The notes below the pieces were generated by a model. It saw nothing but the letters and a program-made list of their open reading frames with translations. It was not told the DNA's origin and did not search any database. Of a stretch of 64,000 bases of DNA, positions 1 through 11,637 are shown piece by piece; positions within the stretch are counted from its first letter, which is position 1; each line of letters opens with the position of its first letter. A program made the translations under genes and the position numbers. The stretch covers positions 18,188,210 to 18,252,209 of the forward strand of contig NC_134030.1 in NCBI RefSeq assembly GCF_964204645.1. The letters run 5' to 3'. This DNA is from Tubulanus polymorphus. Its lineage: Eukaryota > Animalia > Nemertea.

Positions 1-3000
1 AAAATCATGTGTTCTGCTTTAACAAAAGCACTGTTTTATCTAAAAATATTATTTGACCCGAGTGCCTCAATCAGGGCTACATCAACAGTCCATCTCACTG
101 ATTACTTCATCACAAATAATCACCAGCCATTGAAATGTTTAATCCTCATACAATACAATACAATTATCTCAAATCTAAATTTTATGAGATAAATGCTCCT
201 AGATTTCATAGGTTTTATTCCAACTGTTGCGACAGTCATATCAAAACTGGACTATTCATATCAATAGACGTTAAACTGGACTGTTAATATATGAAAAGTA
301 TTTAAGGCCATATCATATATCTAAAGTGCGCTATGTTTTGCCTTGCAGTAATAATTTGATTTGTCACATGATTACTCCATATCTTCATATAATTTCCAAA
401 TAAACGAATACATTTCCATTGTTATGTTAAATGACATCAGCAAAAGCAAATAGACACAAACTACTAAACTACTGTGTTTAGGATGGTTTAAGAGATTGGA
501 CGCCGATTGATACGAAAACTAGATTTCATGCAATCATTTTCTTTCTTTAAAATCGATGCGAATTAACGCGCGAGTGTTCGACTCTAGACGAACGGTTAAT
601 GGAATTTTATCGGGTTAGTCTTTCTATAGCCGACTAGCTATTGAATACCAGTGATTAAGCCATAAGTAAATAAAGAAGTTACTTGGGATGTTTAATTAAT
701 TGATGACAATGTACAAGTAAAACCAGGCCTATGAGACACCCGTAATGTAAAATGATATCATGCAAGATATTCATATAAGCGTATTTTAGTCCTGATTTGA
801 ATGAATGTACCCACATTTTAGGCAATGAATCGAGACTTGGTTTTATCCCATAGCGTCAGCGCTAGTATATGCTTGAGATGAGATTGTTGGTTTATATTTT
901 GAACTCTGTAAAGAAGTTTTGTACATTTAAGCGTGAATGACGCACTGTGATGAACTACTGTACGAAATAACATATTAAATTCAATGAAAGAATCTTAATG
1001 TTCCAAAAGAAATATAAGTGTAGTTAAGATTAATAGTTGTTTTTTTTTAAATGAAAACCGATGATATAAAATAATTTAGGTTATTATCCCCAAAGTAAAA
1101 ATCCCCCGGTAAAATATTCCCAATATTTGATTTAACTAACATAAAATCAACACAATTTATTATGTTAAAAAAAACTCAACTCATAGATTCTAGATTTTAT
1201 TGCACTTCTATTAACTGAAGATGATAGTAATGATGTATAGATGTATAATATGATGACCGAACGTTTGATGAGGAATAACTACTGTGGTTAGATACAATTC
1301 TCATTCTTAGGATACGAATCGGTTGATTGAATTCGGTCATTTAAACTACTGGCTAATTTATAGTGGTCACTATTGAAACGATTAATTGAAGTGCCCTTGA
1401 AATCAAGATAGATTCCTGTTGCGTAAATTAACTAATTTTCAAGCGACCACCTTCTATTGTCGGTATTCGGTTAGCCAGAAGTTTTACCATAAAGACTCAG
1501 ACTAGATGATTGAATTAAATCTTTGAATCAAAATATTGTCACTGGAGTAAATATATATTTTACCGAGGGGATTTCTACCTACCACCATCTAAAATGCCCC
1601 AGGCCCTAAATCCAGTAGGTTTATGGCGAAAGGTTAAGATTAGGAATGTATTAGCAATATAATTTTTTGAAACAGTATTTTGTCTCCCGATGATTTGATT
1701 TGCAGGTCAGACTTATTGTTGACCAAAGTTCTTAAAGTGAATTGCTTTAAAGTAATAAATATCAATGAAACTATATCATAAATTCTGAAGTGAGTTATTT
1801 TGTAATAATCCAATTTAAGTGCACTCCGATGCATGCTAAATTCTTATAAATTCATTTATAAATTTAATTTATACATTTTCCCTCCTCACGTATTCATTCT
1901 ATATTAGTTTTACTAATGAACATAACAGTGGCTTCTGCCTAATGTCAATAAGCAGCGATTGGGTGCCGCCTCTCTGTGTTAATCTATCACGAAAGATTTA
2001 ACTCGATAAGAGCCGCTGAAAACGTATTTCTTTGCAGCCTAGAGTTTATGCATACATGTTCTAAATCAAGACAATATGCTCTATATCAGAGCCTATACTA
2101 AAGTATGCACTCATAATTCGTTTAAGAGTCCGAGGCTTAATTGTGAGAGTTGTTATACAATGAGTAATTAAATGGTGGGATTACAATGGGAGAGATCATT
2201 TCATCAGCCACATCGTTGCCCCAGGGAGTTAGTTATATTCGTTATAGCCAAAATACCTTGACCATGGACTCTAAAACGTCCATGACTTGACAGAATATAG
2301 AAATTTGCCCAGAAAAAGTTATGCATATTCCAACAAAAAAAGAATCAATAAAGACTCATGTTATTAGAATTTAAATGAAGAGACGAGTAGTACTTTAAAG
2401 GTTAACTATTTATTTCGACGCACGAGCTTTCGCTTCTAATGTATAGAAGCTTCAATGAGTGAATTATTAGAATTGGTACATTTAGTAAATTCCGGAAACA
2501 AAACCTAGTCTTAAGAACTACCATTAACCAAGTTTCAAAGAATTTTGTTCCCTTATGATATTGAATGGTGTGAAATTGAAGTGTCCCTAATGATATATCT
2601 TTATGTAAGTTCAACTAACTTACCCAGTTAGTGATGATAGTTGAATAATTAACAAAATAATAGTTGGAATATCGTTTAGGACAAATTAGGATTTTACCGG
2701 GTAAGTTTTTTTCCTAATAGGCTACCTTTTTTAAGAGCATGCATCCTGAGATACGTATACAAAAATTCGTTTGACGCTAAATGCAGAGTTTTCACGGTAG
2801 AACATATTTGGACATCAATTAATCACGTGAAGGGGATGAAATGACAATTTGTCACTGCTGAGCTTATTTTCCTTCACTGAACTTTTTCTAAGTTTTTTCA
2901 ATATTCTCTAATCCGACAGTATATACGCTGCGTACTAACTGTACACAATTATATATTTTAGAACACGATCGATTTCACTGAATTTAGCCTCATCATGTAG

Positions 3001-6000
3001 GATAAAATGAACTTCTGTTGATATTGCGATTGTGCTGTCGTTAGCTGTCGCATAGCTTATTCGAATCGCTATCGAAAGTAATCAAACAATGGTCACATGT
3101 GTCAATGAACTTATCGCTTTCCGATTGCTTAATCGCCAAATTTGCATTCGAAATATTAAGCCAATCTATTCTAATTCATACCTAGTCGTGTTATAAGCAA
3201 TTCAAGCGTTTAGTTTGTACTTTAAAATAGAATGAAATAGATTGATTGATGAAATACAAAACAAGTCAAACAAACTCAACTAACTGACTACTGCTGTGTT
3301 ATTTATATTTGATGAAAGAACATCTAGTTACTGACATTGGCTCGCGCCTTGATTATTGTCTAAGTTGTACTATAACTTACATGCCAATGGATGTTTACAT
3401 GCGCCTCTCTGATTGGCTAGAATCCTTGCATTCGATAGAAACTGACGGCATCAGTGAACTGACGGGGAAATTAGAATTGTATGTTTGTCCACGGATTCTT
3501 CGTTTTTGAGTCCATGGTTTTGGCTCTGGTTTTATCGTGAGTTTGATTAACGTACATTGTAGAGAACAATGGTGGGGATTCGAATAACGTGCATCTTTTA
3601 TTCAGAAAGAGTATCATTACGTATATACATGTAGAAATTAATACAATAACTCTAATCAGAATTATCTCATCACGCAGAACCAGTGAAATAGCCGTTGTAA
3701 AGCCGCAAAGTAAATTGAATGAAATTGACATAATGTCAACGTCTTACGGTCAACAAATGAAACATATTGTACAATAATGAACGAATCAATGAGTAGTGCT
3801 CACGCATTTGTTTCCATTTCATAAGAATCAATTCCAAACAGATGGTTCAGATTCGAATTTTTGCTTCTTCGTTATGCAAAGTTTTTTTTTTATACCAGGG
3901 ACTCTTAATCGATTTAGGTTTTAGAGTCCATGGTTATATGAATATCTTATGATTTCTCAACTTTCATCAAATACTTAGGAATGCCATTGAAAGATTTTCA
4001 AACCATTAAACGTTTGGGTAAAAAGTTCTGCTAAATTTGATTACCATCGGCTTTTTAGATAATCTCCACGAAGGTCACAATTTTAGTGATTTGACCTTGG
4101 GAGGTTTAAACCTCCCGAATCCAATTTGCGAAATATCGGTCCTCTTTGTCGGCGGTAATGAAAGAATACATAGAGCGAAGTTTCTATTGTGCGCCGGCCG
4201 CATTTTGTTCACGAATAGCTTACGTAATAAATTGAAAGTCGAGATCACAGGCGGATATAGCGCTCTATGGCCCACGCTCAATTCATAAACTGGTCCGCAA
4301 ATAAAGTGTTTAGAAGTATAATTGACACGTTTGTACGATTTTGCGCTGTAAATTTACCATTTTTCAGGACTCAAGGACCAGAAATTGGCAATATTTTTGA
4401 TACAAACTGAGAAAGTATCAAAACATTTGGGAACGTGTTAGTTGCCTATAAGGGCATGCGAGACTAAAATCTGAATTTCAGTAATAGCAGCGGCGGCCAC
4501 ATTAAAAACAACCAACGTATATTGAATAACAACAATTTTATATGATAGTTTGACTGTGATTTAGTTGGTAAAGACAATGGTTTTACAAGCCTACGTTACG
4601 TGGTTGCAAAATTGGGCTTGAAAATGTGATATTCGTGCAGTAATGTTCACCAAGAATCTGATGGTTACACAGGATCGTAGAGCTACATTGATATACATAG
4701 AATTTATTATTTTGAAACCACAACGTTTCGGCTGTTGACAAACAGCCATCATCAGTAATGACGATGGTGGTCATATTGAAAAACCGCTATATAATGTAAG
4801 GGGTGATCTCGATTTAATCTATGGATTTACTTTTTCCGTTGGCCCAAAGGGGACCATGCCAAAGGGAACCTCCAAAATTGGTGTTTATTTGACAGATTCG
4901 ATGAATGGGCTCCGTCATCAGAAGATATGGGGTAAAATCATTGTGAACGATTTTGGAATTTTCATAATTCAAGAAATATATTGATACGGTTTTAAGTAAA
5001 TACTTCCTCGATTTATCCGCTGATTATGTGTCAAGAATGCGGGCAAGCTAATGACGCAATTAGCGGAAATTACTGTATTTATTCGTGATGATTTATCTTG
5101 CACTTAGCTAGCTGTTAGAAATATCCAAAGTCTATTTTGTCATTTGAAACAAATACGGGTCCGGTGATAAACTCTGAAAAGATATCGCCATATCTCCTCC
5201 AATGACTTATAACTTTATTAAGTGCAAAAATCCTCTAGTTAAGGCAATAGATTCTTCTCTCCTCACCAATACTGCTTATCTTTTGCTATAGTTTCACTAC
5301 CTGTGGCCTCCACCGAGCACGGGACATGTTAAGTAAGCGAAAGACTGGTGTTTGAACTCCCTGAAAGACCCGAAATCCCGTCAATCACAGATTTACTACA
5401 AATTCTAAAACATAATTCTATAGGCGATTGGAGTTCAGTGGCCGGCTGGTCTAATAGTCGTATTTTCATTAACGAGTCTTACAATGCTTGGATCAGGGAA
5501 GTGTGATGAGATGGAATACGGACGCTTTTAATTGCCGGATGTAGGCTATTCAATTCAGCCCGTACATCAAAGGTTACCGCAACAGCAGTAAGCTACGCTT
5601 ATCGAGTGTGTGTTACCAGCTGAACACCAGTCAACATCAACTTTGATTCGGTCGCAGAACAACCCGCAATAGTTTTAGCCCGATAAATGTTCTGCGATCG
5701 ATACTACGCATGCGCACTGCAGTTCATTGAACAACGTGGAAGTGGCTGTGTATGCACATATTTTTCTTTAGAAAATCGGTTGAAATTCACCAATTTATCG
5801 TAAAATTTGTCCAAAAAGGTATGTATTTTTATTCTTCTATATCTCCGAAACCCGGTATCGGAACAATAAGTATTTATATTGTGATTAAAGTCTGTTTTTA
5901 TGTGTTAAACATATGTTTTTGCCAGTTCGTTCCGATTCCGGGTTTAGCGTTATTTGGGCCTTGAAGATGTCAAATATTTCGGCCCAGACTCGCGCAGCTT

Positions 6001-6184
6001 TCGTTTCTGACGTCATGTTGCTATGTTACGACACAAACATATACACGAAGTATGATCTTTAAAATGTGTATTTACTACATAATAACGTTTACATTAGGCC
6101 TACAAATTATTGTCCCCCATATAAACCAAGTTGCCTAAATAGCATCAGCAATCTCATTTAATTAACCTTTTCTTGTTTTTAGGC

Positions 6185-9112
6185 ATGGATCTTTGTCGAT
6201 TGTGTGGAAAAAATTCGAAACCTCCGGATCGTCGTCCTATCGATAAAAATAATTTCCAAAGCCATGTGAAGGAGTTGTTCAACATTGATTTTGATGATGA
6301 TACTGAACAGTACCCGATATATATCTGCAATATGTGTCGTGTAAAATTACAAAAATGGCGTAAGAACAAAAACGTTAAAAAAACTGTCCCTGTGACTATC
6401 AAATTAAAACAATGGACATTCGATTTATGTTGTGACTCACCCCTGCGTAAACTATGTGATGCAGCAGCACAGAAGACAAATTTTAAGAACATCAGCTCTC
6501 CGAACAGCCCTGTGAATACGTACGCTTTTTCCGATAAAGGCATACTGCGGCAAGCAATTTTAGAGGCTGATCAGACGTTGCGTTTATTCATTTCAAATAT
6601 TGAGGTTACATCATGCATTAATGGTAGTGTGGATGAGAAGTTTGTGTTTTTGCTCACTGCAGGAACCTGCCCCGGTAATCCCGATTTTAAAGATGTTTGT
6701 GAGAAACGCTGCAAGGATGGAAAAACACAGTTTTATGATCAGGCCGGAGCAATTATTGCTCAAGATATTTCAAGATGTGTCCAGTGGCGTGGTGAAATGT
6801 ATGATAGGACTGTTAGTCACTTGCATTGCATTCTTGCTTCATCAGATTTAGAAATTAATCAACAGTGTGCAGCATGTAAAGATTTCCGAAAATCTTTGCT
6901 CGTGATGAGGAAACGTCACGTAACCAATAATTCAAGAACTGATGTGTCAAGTACAACTAGATTGGATTATTTGACACATAGTGAAGCTATAAAACGTTTG
7001 CGAAATACACAGAGTGATCGACAAAAAGTTCTGCGTACAAATGCTGCTCTGGAAAAGAAAATATCGAAACTTTACAGAAGAGAATCAGTCTTATTAACTG
7101 AAAAACATTCCAGTCTTTTTCATAACATCATCCAGCAAAATCAGGACAAATTCCAGTCAGATTTTCCTACGGGCTCAGTCCAAGAATTACTCTGGAAGCA
7201 GCAAGTTCAACAGTGTAAAGGACCCACAACACAAATGCGATGGCACCCATTAATAATCAAGTGGTGTATCGCCCTACAAAAGAAAAGTCGTGGGACTTAT
7301 GATTTTATCAGAAATTCCGGTTTCATCAAATTACCTCATCCATCAACTTTAGACGACTACATAAAATTCACAAAACCGAATCCCGGCATCAATTTTGACC
7401 TTATTGAACGTGGACTACAGAATATTGGATTTGATAAACTCGAAGATTTTCAGAAAAACGTTGCGCTATTGTTCGATGAAATGAAAGTTAAAAGTGATCT
7501 TGTGTATTCGAAAAGCAGTGGTGAACTTATAGGATTTTTTGACATGGGTCCCGTCAACAACATTATGGAGACCTATAAAAGATCACTTTCCAACAAGAAA
7601 GAACCAGAACTAGCTACACATGTTTGTGTATTCATGATCCGTGGCCTGTTCAGTAATTTGAAGATGCCCATTGCATATTTTCCTTGTCAAGGATTCAATT
7701 CGCACAACTTATACCCCTGCGTTTGGGAAGCAGTCGAAACATTGGAATGCATTGGATTCTACGTAAGGGCATTTGTGAGTGACGGGGCAACACCTAACAG
7801 GAAATTTTACCGTATACATGGGCAAAATAAAAATGGTGAGCTGACCTACTTTACCACTAACAAATATGACTTTTCGAGGAAAATTTTCTTTGTGTGTGAC
7901 GTGCCTCATCTGCTGAAAACGACTAGGAACAACTTGGAAAATTCTGGATATGGAAAGAAAACTCGCAATTTTGTGGTAAGTACTAACATAATGAATATGA
8001 ATAGTAATTCTACACTAAATATGTAAATTAAGTATCATGCAATATTTCTTTATATTTTTCAGTACCAGCATAAACCACTGAAATGGACGCAGGTTATGTC
8101 ACTAGTAGAGAACGAATATGGCTTAAATCGGGCTGCACCAGGTTTAAGGCGTCTGCATAAGTTAAGACATGAACATGTCCATTTAACACCAGCAACTAGA
8201 ATGCGAGTAAATCTTGCTGTACAGGTTGGTATAAAACAAATTTTTACTTTTCATTTTTTGTCCTTACATCTTTGTTTTATTTAAATTGGCTTCTCTTTAC
8301 TGACTTTTAGGTCTTGAGTAATTCTGTTGCAGTGGCTCTCGAAATGCAGAATAATCCTGAAAATGAATCACTCGTACTCTTCATTAAAAATATGAATAAA
8401 TTCTTTGACTGTTTGAACGTCACCACCATTAATGATGCAGCTCGAACAAAGAACAGAAATTTAGAGAAATACACCTCAGCATATGATACAAGGGTTGAGG
8501 TAAGAAATTGTTAATTCCATTGAATAAATGGTAATGGATTGAGAATAAAAATTCTTAATTAATATTGACATTTTTTTCATTTCAGTGGCTAACTGAGGAA
8601 TTTATTCCTTTTCTTGATGATTGGCAGGGCGAATCTGCACATTATGAAAATCTCAACAAAAAGGAAAGATCGCAGAAATGCATGAGCTGGGAAACCCTCG
8701 AAGGATTGTGAATTACCGGTAAAGGCGCATTATTTAAGTAGCCGTGCATAAAGTATGTACATCTACGAAAAGTATATACCATGACTCATGAGCTTTTAAT
8801 TTTTCAGTTTGTTCTTTCGCCGAGTTGCTGAAAGTTGTGTTTAGAATCCCAGGAGTAAAATACTTTCTCAGTGAAAAACTCTGTCAGGATCCCTTGGAAG
8901 AACATTTTTCAAAACAGCGGGGATGTGGAGGTGCTCATGACAATCCTACTGTGCATGCATATGGACACAATGAAATATCTTTGTTTGTCGCCAGCGAGTG
9001 CGCTAAAGCCTCTCCTTCAGGAAATTTTAGAGGAAAACGGCAGGAACACCAACAGATAGATGCAGTTGATGACACACCAATTCCTCGAAAAAGAAAACGG
9101 GTGGAGTTCTGA
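6185..9112 (+). pseudogene. P-element/THAP9-family transposase, 5 exons, one premature stop
   Basis: Exons 6185-7975, 8063-8224, 8311-8499, 8586-8718, 8808-9112 (GT-AG, phases consistent). P-type motifs: RWHPLIIKWC...KLPHPSTL, LLFDEM (D), FVSDGATPN (D), CDVPHLLKTTRNN, RMRVNLAVQVLS, FFDCLN, QDPLEEHF (E)...DNPT. In-frame TGA at 8709-8711 (LEGL*IT, probably CGA>TGA). Confidence 0.92.
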
Positions 9113-9244
9113 GTGATAAGTGAAAAGACGATTAATTGCAAGACGTAAATTTTTATTTATTATACACTGACATACATGTTCATGAGTATGATTGTAATAT
9201 ATCGCACACAATTTTGTATATACAATTGGTAGTGTCACCATGTT

Positions 9245-10459
9245 TTAACTGTTGGTGTTTTCATTCAGAGTTGCTAGCGCCTTTCGAAGTGCCTTTTCAC
9301 CTTTGCGTGACACTTTAGTGGATTTGTCCTGTTTTTTAATGAATATGTATGCATCTTTGAATGCATTGATGCGTATGTCGACCCAGTAGCACAAAACACG
9401 ATGCAGGAGACTTTGGCACAAATCGTCATTGTCGACTTTACGCACTAAACATTGCCACAAATAATTTACAGTTATACTTTTTTCCAACTGATCTACTAGC
9501 TTGGAACGTACGTTGGCTCCAATCAATCTATCTACCTGTTTAATTTGCAATTCTGGTCGTATAATATTCTCAACAGTTTTGAAAAATATGAACACATCAT
9601 CACGAATGGTAAACAATCCGCCACGATTAATTTTTTCCACCCAATGACTCGTATATTCAAAATAGCTTTTAGCTTCGATTTTTGAATCATGTTTTATCCG
9701 CCAGGTTTCTAGTAGACTGATGAACGATTTGGCGGTTAAATTCTTCGGGAATTTCTGATAATGTTTTACGAGTGCATATGGTATATAACCTGCAGTGTAT
9801 CGCAGCGCCTGCTCCTCCTCGATCGTTAATTTCGCGATTGTTCGGCCATTTGTTCGGTCATGGTGAAATTGGTCCTCGATCATGTACTGAAAGAGGATCT
9901 TCATAGTAAATTGCAAAAATATGTTAACGGCTCTTTCATTTACTTTGTCAATTTTACATTTACTGAATATCTCCATCGTATAATATAATAGTTCGATTTC
10001 AGTTGTCGCAACATGAAACTTTGCCCACATTTTATCCAAATCTTTCGCAGTGCTTAAGTGAATGGCGGAACATAATGTATCTTGAATTTTTGTAAACCAC
10101 TGATTAATTCCAAGTCTGGACGGCGACGTATTTGTAGACAAAATTTTATCGATCGATTTTCCATAATGTACTGCTGCCATTCCATTTGAACTGAATTTAA
10201 ATACTCGATGGTTAATCACTTCAGTCATAGCCTTTTCCAAATATATAGTGTTCCTGCGAAAATAATAATAATGATTATTATTTTAACATGTACTTATCTG
10301 GATTTTTATATTATGTTTATATATTATTTTCTGTATTCGTTTATTATTTTATAACCTAAAAGGATTGTATTGATTATAAAAATAAATGTAAAAAATACCT
10401 GTATGTGTGTTTTCTCGTGTTCAGATCGCAGTCTCTGGTCAGCTGAGCCTGAGAAGTAC
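9245..10459 (-). CDS. Second gene of the P element, resembling the P-transposase C-terminal domain
   Basis: Main exon 10253-9245 plus a phase-compatible exon 10459-10399; the 5' end near 10550-10685 is uncertain. Motifs EQALRYTAGYI, WVEKINRGGL, YWVDIRI and a basic tail. Confidence 0.8.
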
Positions 10460-10850
10460 CTACATGAAAAAGAAAAGGAAAGAATAAAGTGCCTGCAATT
10501 AGGTGGAAACTATTCCGATATTTCATTGATTCAAAAGGAATAACACTCACTAGAATCGGCCGAATTAGTTGATCCTGATCCAGAGGATTCCCGTAATATT
10601 TCCGTATCGATCTGAACCAATTCGTCACTATCAAAGAATAGATCGTCAAAATCGTCATCATTAATAATTTGACAACCGTTGCCATTTTAATACAGCGTAA
10701 AGAACCGATATCACGATTGATAAAACACTATATCCGTCTGAAGCGATGTAGAGAGACTCCCACAATGATAACGAAAAAGTCCAAAAATGAAATAATGAAT
10801 ACTACAGAAAATTATGAGATATATATATACAATCCAGAGACAAAGAGACT

Positions 10851-11133
10851 AATCAAAGTTAATCAGAGATGATACAAACTAAAGGAAAATTAACGTAGAA
10901 ACAGTTACACGCTAAAACAGATTAAAGAGAAGCAGTTAAGAGACAAACTAGGGGGCACTTAAATTTAAGACAATTGTGAATACAAGTTGACCGAATCAAA
11001 GTTAATCAGAGATGATACAAACTAAAGGAAAATTAACGTAGAAACAGTTACACGCTAAAACAGATTAAAGAGAAGCAGTTACAGAGACAAACTAGGGGAC
11101 ACTTAAATTTAAGACAATTGTGAATACAAGTTG
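10851..11133. repeat. Tandem duplication (~143-bp unit, 2 copies) in the P-element right arm
   Basis: AATCAAAGTTAATCAGAGATGATAC...GAATACAAGTTGA at 10851-10990 and 10994-11133, near identical. Confidence 0.9.
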
Positions 11134-11637
11134 ATCGACTAAAATTGATGAGGGGAAATCAGGTGTTGAGTTTAACCAGTTTACAGAGGAATTTTTATAT
11201 AAGTTTATTATGGGATGAAAAACCGATATTCGGAAACAACTGAATTATTACGGAGATTCCCGATCTCGCTGGTTATCGCTTATCGGCGCGTTACGTAACA
11301 AAGCGCTCGCCGACGAACCGTTATCGGCTTTAGGGCAATTACAACGCACATTCGACAAGAGCTGCACAATAGCGTCCGTATTCCATCTCATCACACTTCC
11401 CTGTTTAAACATAAGGCGGACGTTGCATCCAATTTATTGTCTCCTTGTTTTTGTGAAACTCTTTGGAAAATTGATCTGAACAAATTTAAACACAGTCTGA
11501 TCTTTATAACCATGATACAGCTTTAACTATGAACAATTTTTTCATATAAATTTAAAGATATTTATCATCATTACTTAAGTTGAAATATAAAACCAGTAAC
11601 TGAATGATTGACATAATCAGAATATGTTTATTTACAG

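Larger units (their letters stand above)
5494..11403 (+). mobile_element. P-superfamily DNA transposon with two convergent genes
   Basis: Perfect 33-bp TIRs: CAGGGAAGTGTGATGAGATGGAATACGGACGCT at 5494-5526, reverse complement at 11371-11403. Encloses a P-type transposase. No 7/8-bp TSD (left GCTTGGAT, right TTTAAACA). Confidence 0.93.

Noticed and set aside
1-5490. Short ORFs and a possible leader exon for the Ig receptor
   Set aside because: No recognisable domains and no convincing ATG-signal peptide-donor exon.
10374-10685. 103-aa ORF as a separate gene
   Set aside because: It overlaps probable 5' exons of the P-element second gene. An acidic alternative frame (DDDFDDLFFDSDE) ending at a GTGAGT donor looks more coding-like, but its start is unresolved.
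5494-11403. ProtoRAG/RAG1-RAG2 transposon
   Set aside because: The layout and N-terminal finger are suggestive, but the catalytic core is P-type, the TIRs are not heptamer/nonamer-like, and gene 2 is not a kelch/PHD protein.
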